From an uncultured Roseburia sp. (lineage in GTDB: Bacteria; Bacillota; Clostridia; Lachnospirales; Lachnospiraceae): 64,000 nt of DNA. Positions 38,706 through 49,100 of the stretch are shown here, piece by piece. The DNA lies in contig CAMULM010000001.1 of the NCBI GenBank assembly GCA_947089765.1, forward strand, positions 139,756 through 203,755. The letters are read 5' to 3'. The notes below the pieces were generated by a model. It had not been told where the DNA came from. It searched no databases and saw nothing but the letters and a program-made list of their open reading frames with translations. The number at the start of each line of letters is the position of its first letter. The first letter of the stretch is position 1. A program made the translations under genes and the position numbers.

Positions 38706-39896
38706 ATGAACGTATTAGTAATTAACTGCGGCAGTTCGTCGCTGAAATATCAGGTGATCAATTCAGAAAGTGAAGAAGTTCTTGCAAAGGGGCTTTGTGA
38801 GCGGATAGGGATTGACGGCAGATTGGTTTATCAGCCGAAAGACGGCGAAAAGGAGATTACGGAGGCGCCGATGCCGACGCATACGGAGGCGGTCCGTATG
38901 GTTTTGGATGCCTTAGTGAATCCGGACACAGGAATTTTTCAGAGTTTAGATGAAATTGAAGCTGTAGGGCATCGTCTTGTGCATGGCGGTGAAAAGTTTG
39001 CGGCTTCTGTTTTAATTAATGAGGAAGTCATTACAGCAGTGGAAGAATGTTCGGATTTAGCGCCTTTGCATAATCCGGCGAATTTAATCGGCGTGAGAGC
39101 CTGTCAGGAGGTATTGAAAGATGTGCCGATGGCGGGCGTGTTTGACACGGCATTTCATCAGACAATGCCGAAAGAAGCGTATCTGTATGGCATTCCATAT
39201 GAATATTATGAAAAATATAAGGCGCGGAAATACGGCTTTCACGGCACGAGCCACAGTTATGTGTCGAAACGGGCGGCGGAGTTTTTGGGAAAACCCTATG
39301 ACAGTTTAAAAACGATTGTCTGCCATCTGGGAAACGGCTCAAGCATCTGCGCAGTGAAAAATGGCAAGTCTGTTGACACTTCCATGGGGCTTTCCCCGTT
39401 AGAAGGGCTGATTATGGGGACGCGTTCCGGAGACATTGATCCTTCCGCCATAGAATTTTTGGCGAAAAAGGAAAACTTGAGCTTAGAAGAAATGTTAAAC
39501 GTGTTGAATAAAGAGTCGGGAGTTTACGGCATTTCGGGACTGTCGAGCGACTTTAGGGATTTGGATCAAGCGGTAAGCGAAGGGAATGCGCGCGCGAAAA
39601 CGGCTAGGGAGATGTTCTGTTACCGGGCGGCAAAATATATCGGTTCTTACGCAGCGGCGATGAATGGCGTGGACGTGATTTGTTTTACGGCGGGAGTCGG
39701 AGAAAATGACGGGAAAGTCCGTGAAATGATTTGCAGCTATCTGGGCTATCTGGGTCTTGCGTTGGATTCAGAAGCGAACAAGAAACGCGGCGAGGAAACT
39801 GTTCTTTCGACCCCTGATTCGAAAGTGACGGTGTTGTTAGCGCCGACCAATGAAGAACTTGCAATTTGCCGGGAAACGGTTGCATTATTGAAATAG
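38706..39896 (+). CDS. ackA: Acetate kinase
   Basis: MNVLVINCGSSSLKYQVI..., VGHRLVHGGEKF, HLGNGSSICAV, TAGVGEN motifs. 396 aa. Confidence 0.9.
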   Translation: MNVLVINCGSSSLKYQVINSESEEVLAKGLCERIGIDGRLVYQPKDGEKEITEAPMPTHTEAVRMVLDALVNPDTGIFQSLDEIEAVGHRLVHGGEKFAASVLINEEVITAVEECSDLAPLHNPANLIGVRACQEVLKDVPMAGVFDTAFHQTMPKEAYLYGIPYEYYEKYKARKYGFHGTSHSYVSKRAAEFLGKPYDSLKTIVCHLGNGSSICAVKNGKSVDTSMGLSPLEGLIMGTRSGDIDPSAIEFLAKKENLSLEEMLNVLNKESGVYGISGLSSDFRDLDQAVSEGNARAKTAREMFCYRAAKYIGSYAAAMNGVDVICFTAGVGENDGKVREMICSYLGYLGLALDSEANKKRGEETVLSTPDSKVTVLLAPTNEELAICRETVALLK

Positions 39897-39909
39897 AGGA
39901 GGATTAGTT

Positions 39910-40584
39910 ATGAAATATTCAATCGAAGGAGAACCGCTGCCAGTTGTTATCTGCCAGTTAGAGCAAAATGAAAAAATGATTACGGAAAAAGGGGCAATGT
40001 CATGGATGTCCCCGAATATGAAAATGGAGACTGTGGGCGGCGGCGTTGGCAAGATGTTTGGCAGAATGTTCAGTGGAGAGAGTATGTTTGTCAACCACTA
40101 TACCGCGATGGGAGGACCGGGAGAGATTGCGTTCGCTTCTAGTTTTCCGGGCGCAATCCGCGCATTTGACATTTCACCGGGACGTGATATGATCTGCCAG
40201 AAAACAGCGTTTTTGGCTTCTACGGATAAAGTGGAGTTTTCTGTGCATTTCCAGAAAAAAGTTGGAAGCGGGCTGTTCGGCGGAGAAGGGTTTATTATGC
40301 AGAAACTGTCGGGAAGCGGCGTGGCGTTTGTGGAATTTGACGGTTATATCAAAGAGTATAACCTTGCTCCAGGACAGTCGATTGTCATTGACACCGGATA
40401 TTTGGCGGCAATGGATGCGACCTGCTCTATTGAAATCCAGAAAGTGCCGGGCGTGAAGAATATGCTGTTCGGCGGGGAAGGCGTATTTAATACAGTTGTG
40501 ACGGGACCGGGACGCGTGTTGCTTCAGTCTATGCCGATTGGACAGATGGCAGGAACGCTGATTCCGTACCTTCCGGCAAAATAG
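39910..40584 (+). CDS. AIM24/TIGR00266 (DUF124) family protein
   Basis: 224 aa. Gly-rich repeats with the characteristic MFGGEG / LFGGEGFI motifs of the AIM24 family. AGGAGG RBS. Confidence 0.7.
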   Translation: MKYSIEGEPLPVVICQLEQNEKMITEKGAMSWMSPNMKMETVGGGVGKMFGRMFSGESMFVNHYTAMGGPGEIAFASSFPGAIRAFDISPGRDMICQKTAFLASTDKVEFSVHFQKKVGSGLFGGEGFIMQKLSGSGVAFVEFDGYIKEYNLAPGQSIVIDTGYLAAMDATCSIEIQKVPGVKNMLFGGEGVFNTVVTGPGRVLLQSMPIGQMAGTLIPYLPAK

Positions 40585-40629
40585 AGAGTTTTTGCCGGAA
40601 GGATCTGAGTTTTGAAATATTAATAATAT

Positions 40630-40691
40630 ACACGAAAATTGTGCTTTGCATGACTTTATGTGATGTAAAACCACAATTTTCGTGTTTTTTT
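40630..40691 (+). terminator. Terminator after the ackA-AIM24 operon: 14-bp perfect inverted repeat with large loop plus T7
   Basis: acacgaaaattgtg ... cacaattttcgtgt followed by ttttttt. Confidence 0.6.
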
Positions 40692-40867
40692 ATGCCTATT
40701 TGACAGAAATAATATTCTATGGTAATATTCTAAATATTCTATAGTATAAATTTCGCAAAGGACTTATCTGTAAAGATTCGGAAAGGTTTTTGGCAGTTAG
40801 GAAAGAGTAAATTTATATAAAAGTATGTAGATTTTATTGAGAGATAGAATGCTTGCTCAGATAGCGT

Positions 40868-40876
40868 GGGGGGGGG
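40868..40876. repeat. Homopolymeric G9 tract in the 5' region of the membrane-protein operon
   Basis: ggggggggg at 40868-40876, 64 nt upstream of the ATG at 40940. It sits between a -35-like TTGCTC (40853-40858) and a -10-like TATTTT (40877-40882). Confidence 0.9.
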
Positions 40877-40939
40877 TATTTTATTTTTGTGTTTAATTTT
40901 GGGGGATATGGATTGAAAAATAACTGTAAAGAGGTGGGT

Positions 40940-42478
40940 ATGGAGAAGAAAAAAGTTTTCGCATGTTTGGGTTTTGAAGCGGGTCTGGCATTGCTCTATC
41001 TGTTTTTCTGGAATATTGGCATAAAGCAATTTATTCCGGAACAAGACTTCTTTCTTATAAAAAATGTCTATTTGGCATTGGCGTTTTTGTCCATGTCTCT
41101 TTTGGGGTTCGTAGAACTGTATAGAGATAAAAAGAAAAAAAGTAAGATGGAAGTCTGTTTTTTTTGGATGCTTTTGATCATTGGCATAATGTACCAATTA
41201 GTATTGCCTGCCTTTTCCGCTCCAGATGAAGATACGCATTTTGCAAGCGCATACCGTTTGTCGAATCGAATGATGAAAAAGCAAGAGACGGATGCCAAAG
41301 GATACACGGTCATGCGGGAGGAGGATAGGAAGGGCCAGACATACACTTATGGAGAAAAAGAATTTGCCGGTTATTACAGAAAAATGTTTTCAACTGAAAA
41401 AGTGGATTCCCAGACAGTTTCGTATATAAGGAAAAAAGCAGAGCAAACAGTGCCTTTTCCCGTTTATTTGGCGCCTGCGTGTGGGATTACGGTTGCAAGG
41501 CTTTTGCATTGGAATGGCGTATGGACCGCATATTCAGCCAGAATATGCAGTTTGCTGTTTGTTGCTCTGTCAGGGGCTGTTTCTTACAGGCTTCTTCCTT
41601 TTGCGAAGCAGAATGTAATGATTTTATGTTGTATGCCTATGTCTTTATCATTGATTTCTTCTATTTCATATGATGGTTTTCATCTGGCTGTAATTTTACT
41701 ATTCTTTTCCATTGCCATGAATTGCGCTTATGCCCGGGAAAAAGTTACATGGAAAGAAATCGCTGCTTTGCTGGTTACTGCCGTCTGCTTTGTTCCTGTG
41801 AAGCTGATTTATTTTCCGTTTCTCTGGTTGGTTTTTTTTGTGCCCCCAAAGAAATTTAAACAGAAAAAAACGGCATGGTTTACATACGGAATTATAAATT
41901 TGCTGCCTGTTTTAGAAGCTGTGTGGCTGAAAACAGGTAAAATTTCTTTTATTGCATCAGGAACCACCAATTTAACGGCAAAAGACGGATATACGTTATC
42001 CTATGTTGTAGGTCATTTATGTGAAATTATAAAATTCATCTCTTATAATGTATTTTTTATAAAAGGGGACGAAATGGCGGAAAGTTTTGCGGGACGCAGT
42101 TTAGGCTGGTTAGATACGAAAATTCCAAGATATTTAGCGTATTCGTTTGTATTTCTTTTGTTCTTAAATGTTTTAACGGAAACGTATCAGGCATCTATTT
42201 TGAAATGGCAGAAAGCGCTGGCTTTTGCGGCGGCAGGGATACAGATCTGTCTTCCGGTGTTTGTCATGTTTCTGGCGGAAACGGCGCGTTCGGATTCAAA
42301 GCTTGCCTGTGTGCAGGGCAGGTATTTTCTGCCGATCGCTTTGCTTTTGCCATTTCTTACGCAGAACCGGAAATTTATGCGTAAGAAAACAGAAAATAAC
42401 GTTTTATTAGAACGGACGCTAATCTATTTGAATAGTTTTTCTGTCATTATGACATTACATTCTGTGTTGCGGCGTTAA
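40940..42478 (+). CDS. Polytopic membrane protein, DUF2142/GT-C-like (putative membrane glycosyltransferase)
   Basis: About 12 TM segments. First extracytoplasmic loop carries PAFSAPDEDTHFASAYRLSN (acidic DE/His motif as in GT-C enzymes). RBS agaggtgg. Family assignment tentative. Confidence 0.5.
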   Translation: MEKKKVFACLGFEAGLALLYLFFWNIGIKQFIPEQDFFLIKNVYLALAFLSMSLLGFVELYRDKKKKSKMEVCFFWMLLIIGIMYQLVLPAFSAPDEDTHFASAYRLSNRMMKKQETDAKGYTVMREEDRKGQTYTYGEKEFAGYYRKMFSTEKVDSQTVSYIRKKAEQTVPFPVYLAPACGITVARLLHWNGVWTAYSARICSLLFVALSGAVSYRLLPFAKQNVMILCCMPMSLSLISSISYDGFHLAVILLFFSIAMNCAYAREKVTWKEIAALLVTAVCFVPVKLIYFPFLWLVFFVPPKKFKQKKTAWFTYGIINLLPVLEAVWLKTGKISFIASGTTNLTAKDGYTLSYVVGHLCEIIKFISYNVFFIKGDEMAESFAGRSLGWLDTKIPRYLAYSFVFLLFLNVLTETYQASILKWQKALAFAAAGIQICLPVFVMFLAETARSDSKLACVQGRYFLPIALLLPFLTQNRKFMRKKTENNVLLERTLIYLNSFSVIMTLHSVLRR

Positions 42479-42505
42479 GAGAATGAACCGGAAGGGAGAG
42501 TTGGC

Positions 42506-44299
42506 ATGATTGTGTGGAACGTTCTGTTTTTGGCGGGTTTTATCACGGTAACAGTGGGTTTTTACCGCATGAAAAAGTCAGATGTTCCATTGGGCGGGGT
42601 GTTATGGCTTTTCATCTCATGTATCTGTGCATTGTGCTTCCATGCTTTAGCGGGCGCTTTATTTCACCGGATTTCTATTCCAATTTCTGTATTGAGCGTT
42701 GGAATCGCAGATTTGGCGTGTGGCAGTTTTCTATTATATAGCCATCGGCATGGTTATCAGAAATATAAATGGTCTTACGGCGATTTGGCAATGCTACTGT
42801 TGCTGTTGTGTCTCATTGGCGGGATAGGCTATGCAAGATTTGGGGCGGATTTGGCGTTTCGCTATCGTTCGGTGGATGGCATTACGCATTATTATGAGGC
42901 GGTTCGCGTAATGCAGACAGGAAAAATTGAAGCAATGTACTTTACGGCATTGAATGATTCTTTTTTGGCCGCCCTTTATAAACCGTTTACAAGCCTGCTT
43001 GAAATGTACCGGATAGAGCCTGTGGCGGATTTGATCTATCTATATTTGACGGCGGCATTGATGTATGGAATTGCGAGAGAGAAGGCGGGGAATTTATTTT
43101 GCATCATAGGATGCAGTTTTTTAGGAATCGTTTATTGCTTAGGTTATCCTTTAAATAACCTGATTTCTGGATTTTTATATCTTTCAGTTGGAGTTACAAT
43201 ATCCGCTCTGCTGGTTGTCGTTTCGGATTTGTATGCGCAGGGCGTTTTGCATGAAAGAGCGGCATTTCTTTTTCTGATGCTTGGCGCGCTTGGGTTAATT
43301 ACCTGCTATGCGTTGTTTTCGCCGCCCGTTTACTGCATGATGGCATTTGCGCTGGGACGAAAAAAGTGGAAAGAAAGCGCTTCCTTTTTGCAATGGCTGG
43401 GGAGTTTTACGGCTGTGTTTGCAATTCCCTGTATAGTTGGAATGGCGTATACTTATGCAGGCATTTTTAAAGATGGATTGACGGTCTCCGGCGCCATTGG
43501 GCTGGAAGGCTATATTTACCGGAATAACTGGTCGGATTTTATTCCGATTCTGCCGTTTGCGATTTATGGCTTTTTGGAAAATAGAAAAAGGAAAAAACAG
43601 ACGGCTCTTTTGGCGCTTACGGCAGTTGAGGCATTGTTTATGGCGCTTATGCTATTTTTGCAGTTTCAGGGCATTGTGTCGGCATATTATTACTATAAAA
43701 ATAATTTTCTTATGTGGCTGATTCTGTTCCTGCTGTCTATGGATGCTTTGTCTGGGATAAGTGATGGGGAATGCGCAGGCATACGGAAGCTGGCCTGCAT
43801 TTATGGGGCAGTCTGGTGCGTTTGTGTGGGATTGGCATTGGGTGGTTTGAATCAGGTAATGGGCAGGGAAGGGGAGGAGATTTTTTATGGCGACAGGGAG
43901 GGAATTGACTTTTGCAAAGTCTTCTGGCATAACAAGGAATTAATCTCCGGCATAGAAGCGAATGAGGAGAAAACGGCGCCGTCTGCAGAGCAGCAAAAAC
44001 TGTATGAGCTGTCAGCCGATAAATGCAGAACGGAAAATTGCAGTGTATTTCCGGTTGGCCGTTCAGGAGACCGTTATTTTATTAATGCGCTGACCGGACA
44101 ATGGAATGTCGCTTATCTGCATATTGATTCTCCGGAAGATTATGTGGCGTTGTTGGAAGAATGGCAGCCGGATTATATTTGTGTAATGAAAAAAAGTTCG
44201 GCGTACCGAAAAAACAAAAAATATCTCAGGCAGTTTCCCAAACTTTATGAAAATGAAGAAGGATTTTTTGCAAGATATAAGAAGGTGGAGCGAGAATGA
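42506..44299 (+). CDS. Polytopic membrane protein with cytoplasmic/extracytoplasmic C-terminal soluble domain (hypothetical; possible GT-C-like)
   Basis: About 12 TM helices then an approximately 170-aa C-terminal domain ending ...KKSSAYRKNKKYLRQFPKLYENEEGFFARYKK. RBS gggagag. Confidence 0.55.
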   Translation: MIVWNVLFLAGFITVTVGFYRMKKSDVPLGGVLWLFISCICALCFHALAGALFHRISIPISVLSVGIADLACGSFLLYSHRHGYQKYKWSYGDLAMLLLLLCLIGGIGYARFGADLAFRYRSVDGITHYYEAVRVMQTGKIEAMYFTALNDSFLAALYKPFTSLLEMYRIEPVADLIYLYLTAALMYGIAREKAGNLFCIIGCSFLGIVYCLGYPLNNLISGFLYLSVGVTISALLVVVSDLYAQGVLHERAAFLFLMLGALGLITCYALFSPPVYCMMAFALGRKKWKESASFLQWLGSFTAVFAIPCIVGMAYTYAGIFKDGLTVSGAIGLEGYIYRNNWSDFIPILPFAIYGFLENRKRKKQTALLALTAVEALFMALMLFLQFQGIVSAYYYYKNNFLMWLILFLLSMDALSGISDGECAGIRKLACIYGAVWCVCVGLALGGLNQVMGREGEEIFYGDREGIDFCKVFWHNKELISGIEANEEKTAPSAEQQKLYELSADKCRTENCSVFPVGRSGDRYFINALTGQWNVAYLHIDSPEDYVALLEEWQPDYICVMKKSSAYRKNKKYLRQFPKLYENEEGFFARYKKVERE

Positions 44300-46059
44300 T
44301 AACAGATTCCATAGGATATGTGGCGGCTTTTCTTTTTTTGTGGCAGGGGGAGTATTTCAGGAAAAAAAGCAGTCAGATTCAAAATGGCTTAGAAGCGCAA
44401 GTGACGTCTTTGTCAGGCGTTTTGTGTTTGAATGCACTGATTGCCGGATTGTGCAAAGTGGCAAAAATTCCCTTGAGTTTGCCTGTTATTGCGGTTTGCG
44501 ACGCCTGTGTGGGATTACTCTGCTGGCGTTTTATTCTTAAAAAGGGAGAAACGCAGAAATATGTCTGGCGCTTTACAGATGTGGCAGGCGTTTTGGGGAT
44601 AACGGCGTTTTGCGCAGTTCTTTGCGTAAGTGTGTTTACATCTTCCTTGCAATACCGCTATACCAATTCTGATGCGGGGCTTCATTTGCGGGAAGCGACG
44701 ATGGTCTTGCGGACAAATCAGGTGGAAGGAATGTTTTTTTCACATTTTCAGTTTGCAATGGTGATTGAAATTTTACAGCCTTTTTTGCGTGAAGTAACAT
44801 GGTACAAAGGATTTATTGCCGCAGATATTGCGTTTCAATGGCTGGAGATTTTGATTTTTTTTGTTTGGATAAAGAAGCTTGCGGCAGGTAAGTTTTTGAC
44901 GGCGCTTGCCTGTCTTACTGTGCCGTTCTATTATCTGGCGTATCCGATCCATAGTTTTTATTTTTCATTTACTTACTGGGGATTGGGCGTATTGTTATTA
45001 ATTTATATTTTGCTTCTTCTGCAAAGGGAAAGGGAGCGTATGGAGCGCCGTTCAATCGTTTTAGCGCAGCTTATGCCTGCCTGCTTTTCCCTTTGCGTCT
45101 GCTATATGTTGTTTGCGCCTGTGGCGTTTGTCTGTGTCTGGCTGGAATTGATGTGGGGCGGGGAGAAAAAAAGGCGTTTCTCTGTCAAATGTAAAGAGAC
45201 GCTTTTTGTGTTTTTACTGCCGTGCGCATTGGGGATTTATTTCTGCTATTTTGATTTTTTCTTCCGTCAGGGAACAAGTATTTTAGGAAGCATTCAAAAT
45301 GAAGGCGGGATTTATTCAAATTTATTTGGAAATTTTATTCTTTTAATGCCGATGGCAGGGTATGGGTGGATACGGGGGATCAGGAAAAAACAGCCTCAGG
45401 CAGTGTGTTTTACCGGATTTTTGGCTTTTGCGGCGTGTATGCTGCTTGGCGTGTTGTATGGCAGGATTTCAGAATATTATTTTTATAAGAATTATTATCC
45501 GCTTTGGGCGTTTAGCTGGTATTTTTTCTTTTATGGGATTTCTATTTTGTATAAAAAGAACAGGGAATTAGCGGCGGCAAATTTAGGAGGCTGTTTGCTC
45601 TGCGGCGTTTTGGTTTTTAGCGGCATTGATGGGAGGTTTGTTTCTTCCATGGACGAAAGGAACGGCGTAGACAGGCATTATAGTGAAGCGTTTGATCTTT
45701 ACGCGTGGAACCGGATTTACCGATCTTGGGGGCGGTCAGATCCGTCAAAAGGGCAGCTTGCGTTATATGAATGGGTGATGGCAAATTGCCGGGCTGACGG
45801 ATTGGAAACGCCGCTTTTGACGGAAAAAGAAGATTATGCGGATTGTTATTTTTATGAAGGCGTGGCCGGCTATGATTTGGGAGAGTTTTACGGGTGGCGG
45901 TATCCGAAAGAGGAGATTTTTAAGCGGATAAAAGAAAAAGGGATTTTGTACGCGGTTATTTTAAAAAAGAGTGAGTTTATAAAAAAACATAAAGAAGCGC
46001 TAGAGGAATATCCGGTATTGTTTGAAAACGAGGCGGGTTATGTGATTGGCTTTGAATAA
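44296..46059 (+). CDS. Polytopic membrane protein, paralog of the preceding gene
   Basis: ATGA start/stop overlap with the upstream gene. Same architecture, and the C-terminal domain ends ...KKSEFIKKHKEALEEYPVLFENEAGYVIGFE (parallel to the paralog). Confidence 0.55.
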   Translation: MITDSIGYVAAFLFLWQGEYFRKKSSQIQNGLEAQVTSLSGVLCLNALIAGLCKVAKIPLSLPVIAVCDACVGLLCWRFILKKGETQKYVWRFTDVAGVLGITAFCAVLCVSVFTSSLQYRYTNSDAGLHLREATMVLRTNQVEGMFFSHFQFAMVIEILQPFLREVTWYKGFIAADIAFQWLEILIFFVWIKKLAAGKFLTALACLTVPFYYLAYPIHSFYFSFTYWGLGVLLLIYILLLLQRERERMERRSIVLAQLMPACFSLCVCYMLFAPVAFVCVWLELMWGGEKKRRFSVKCKETLFVFLLPCALGIYFCYFDFFFRQGTSILGSIQNEGGIYSNLFGNFILLMPMAGYGWIRGIRKKQPQAVCFTGFLAFAACMLLGVLYGRISEYYFYKNYYPLWAFSWYFFFYGISILYKKNRELAAANLGGCLLCGVLVFSGIDGRFVSSMDERNGVDRHYSEAFDLYAWNRIYRSWGRSDPSKGQLALYEWVMANCRADGLETPLLTEKEDYADCYFYEGVAGYDLGEFYGWRYPKEEIFKRIKEKGILYAVILKKSEFIKKHKEALEEYPVLFENEAGYVIGFE

Positions 46060-46070
46060 ATGAGAAATTA

Positions 46071-46099
46071 TTGTAATGTAAGATACTTTTTTGTATAAT
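46071..46099 (+). promoter_or_regulatory. Candidate sigma-A promoter for addBA (TTGTAA -17- TATAAT)
   Basis: TTGTAA 46071-46076, 17-nt spacer, TATAAT 46094-46099; about 50 nt upstream of addB start. Confidence 0.4.
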
Positions 46100-46147
46100 T
46101 ATTGCAGGATACAAGCAGTTCTGGCAGAAAAGGATAAGGGATCGATT

Positions 46148-49100
46148 ATGGCATTACAATTTATTTTTGGCAATTCCGGCAGCGGCAAAACGCATTTTAT
46201 ATCTCATAAAGTAGTTGAATTGGCGGCAGATTCGCCAAAGAAAAATTTTTTGTTTCTAGTGCCGGAACAGTTTACATTGCAGACGCAGAGGGAATTGGCG
46301 GCGGTACATAAAAATCACAGTATTTTAAATATTGACGTGTTAAGTTTTAACCGTCTGGCGTACCGTATTTTTGACGAGCTTGGCAGTTTCCGCGGGCAGG
46401 TCTTAGAGGAGACGGGGAAAAATCTGGTTTTAAGGCGGGTGGCGGAGGAAAAAGCGGACGAACTGACTGTTTTAAAAAAGAATATCACGAAAATGGGGTA
46501 TATTGAAGAATTAAAATCCCTGATTTCGGAATTGTCACAGTATAATGTTGCGCCGTCCCAGTTATTGGATGCATCGGAGAATATTTTAGATGGCAGTTTT
46601 TCGCATAAACTGCATGATGTGCAGATTATGTATCAGGGATTTTTGGATTTTTTGGAAGGGCGGTTTGTCACGGCGGAAGAAATTTTGGAACTTTTAACCG
46701 ATGTGGCAGGGCAGTCGGAAATCTTAAAAGGAAGCGTAATCTTTTTTGACGGGTTTACCGGATTTACGCCGATTCAAAATTTGCTGCTGAACCGTTTGTT
46801 TGCCATTGCCGAGGAAGTTTATGTTACAGTGACGATTGACGTTAGGGAGAGTTTCTATCAGTGCGCAGGCAGCCATGAACTGTTTGCAATGAGCAAGAAA
46901 ATGATAAAATCATTGCGGGAAATGGCGGATAGGATACATATTCCGGTCAGAGAGCCCATTGTACTGCCACATTCCAAAGAGAGCCGTTTTGGGCATTCCA
47001 AAGAGCTCCTTTTTTTGGAACAGAACTTGTTCCGGCAAAAAGGAACGCGGTTTACGCTTTCAGACGAGCCGGATCTGAAACTATACAGTTTTAAAAATCC
47101 AAGAGCGGAGCTTCACTTTGTGGCAAGGGAAATAAACCGCCTGACACAGGAAGGCTTCCATTATCGGGAGATAGCCGTAGTCTGCGGGGATTTGGCGGGG
47201 TATGCCAATTATGCGAAGGAAGTGTTTGCAAAATACCGGATACCATTGTTTCTCGATCAGAAATCGACGGCGCTGTTCCACCCGTTTGTGGAATTTTTAC
47301 GCGCCGCGTTAGAGACAGTCCTTTATGATTTTTCGATGGAGAGCATATTTCGGTATTTAAGAAGCGGTTTGTCCCAGATTCCGGATAAGGAAGTGGACAT
47401 ATTAGAGAATTATTGTCTGGCGGCAGGCATTCGCGGTTATCGGAAATGGAAGGAAGCGTTTTGCTATCTGCCGAAAGGATACGACGAGGAATCTCTTATG
47501 GCGGTGAATGAAATCCGTGAAAAAGCAGCAGGCCAGTTTGCGGATTTTTATGATATTATGAAAGAAAAGAATCTGACCGTGGAGCAGCGGACAAAAGCAT
47601 TTTACCGTTTTATCTGTGACAGGGACGCCGAGAGGCAGCTAAAGCAGAGGGAATTGGCGTATGAACAAGCGGGGGATTTAAAGAATGCCAAAGAATATGC
47701 CCAGATTTACCAGATTATCATGGATTTGTTTGATAAAATGGCGGAGCTATTAGGCGGCGAGACGATTCCGCTGGAAGAATATGCGCGTATTTTGGATTCC
47801 GGATATGAAGCCGCAAAGGTGGGGATTATCCCTCCGGGATATGACCGCCTTGTCTTTGGGGACATTGAGCGGACGCGTCTTGAGCATATAAAGGCGTTGT
47901 TTTTCGTCGGGGTCAACGATGGCATAATTCCGAAAGCTCAGGGGGCGGACGGCATCCTTTCTGCGGCAGAGCGGGAACAGTTGGCGGGTTTTAATCTTGA
48001 GCTTGCGCCGACTGTGCGGGAACAGACGTTTATTCAGAAGTTTTATTTGTACCTGACTTTGACAAAGCCATCAGAGAAGCTTTACCTTTCTTATGCAAGG
48101 GTGAGCGGGGACGGAAGCGCAATGCGCAGTTCCTATTTAATCCATACGATTTTAAAGCTATATGAAAATTTAAGCATCTGCGAAGTGGAGGACGAGCCTT
48201 TTCTGGAACGCATTGCCACGCCGGAAAGCTCCCGTGGGCTTTTAGTGGAAGGATTGCAATCCGCGGCGGAGTGGAAACGGAAAAAGCGGGAAGATGAAAT
48301 CCGCTGTTGGTCGGCTCTCTGCCGTTGGTATTTATCTAAGGAAGAATGGAGGCAGGAAGCTAAGCGTCTGTTTGAGGCGGCAAAGTATGTCTATGCCGAT
48401 ATGCCGATTTCCGCTTCCGTGACGAAAGCCCTCTATGGCGTGGAATTGGAAAACAGCGTGACGCGTCTGGAGAATTTTGCATCTTGCGCGTTTGCCCATT
48501 TCCTTACTTATGGGTTAAATTTAAAGGAACGCATAGAAAGCGGTTTTTATGCCGTGGATTATGGGAATATTTTCCATGACGCGCTTCAGTTGTTTGCTGA
48601 GGGCATCCGTCAGAACAATTATAGCTGGCATACCATTACGAAAGAGGAGAGTGAGAGCCTTCTGGAAGAATCCATGGCTTTGGCGTTGGAGAAAAACCAC
48701 AATTTGGCGTTGTATGAAAATGCGAGGAGCAACTATGCCAAAGAGCGGATGCGACGGATATTAAAACGGACAGTCCATGCCCTTTTGTATCAGGTCCGGC
48801 AGGGGAGGTTTACGCCGGATGAGTTTGAAGTTTCGTTTTCGTACACAGAAGATTTAAATGCTGTTAATTTCCGTCTGAGTGAAGAAGAAAGAATGCGTCT
48901 GCGGGGACGGATTGACCGCATAGACACATTAAAGGAAAACGAAAAATTATATGTGAAAATTATTGATTATAAGTCGGGAAATGCCAGTTTTCAGTTCTTA
49001 AACGTCTACCATGGGCTTCAGCTTCAGTTAGTTGTCTATATGAACGCCGCATTAGAACTGATGGAGAAACGCTATCCTGAAATTACTGCCGTTCCGGCAG

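Noticed and set aside
39910-40584. AIM24-family gene following ackA as a special system
   Set aside because: Common conserved hypothetical family frequently found beside central-metabolism genes. Nothing in the sequence suggests more than a routine annotation.
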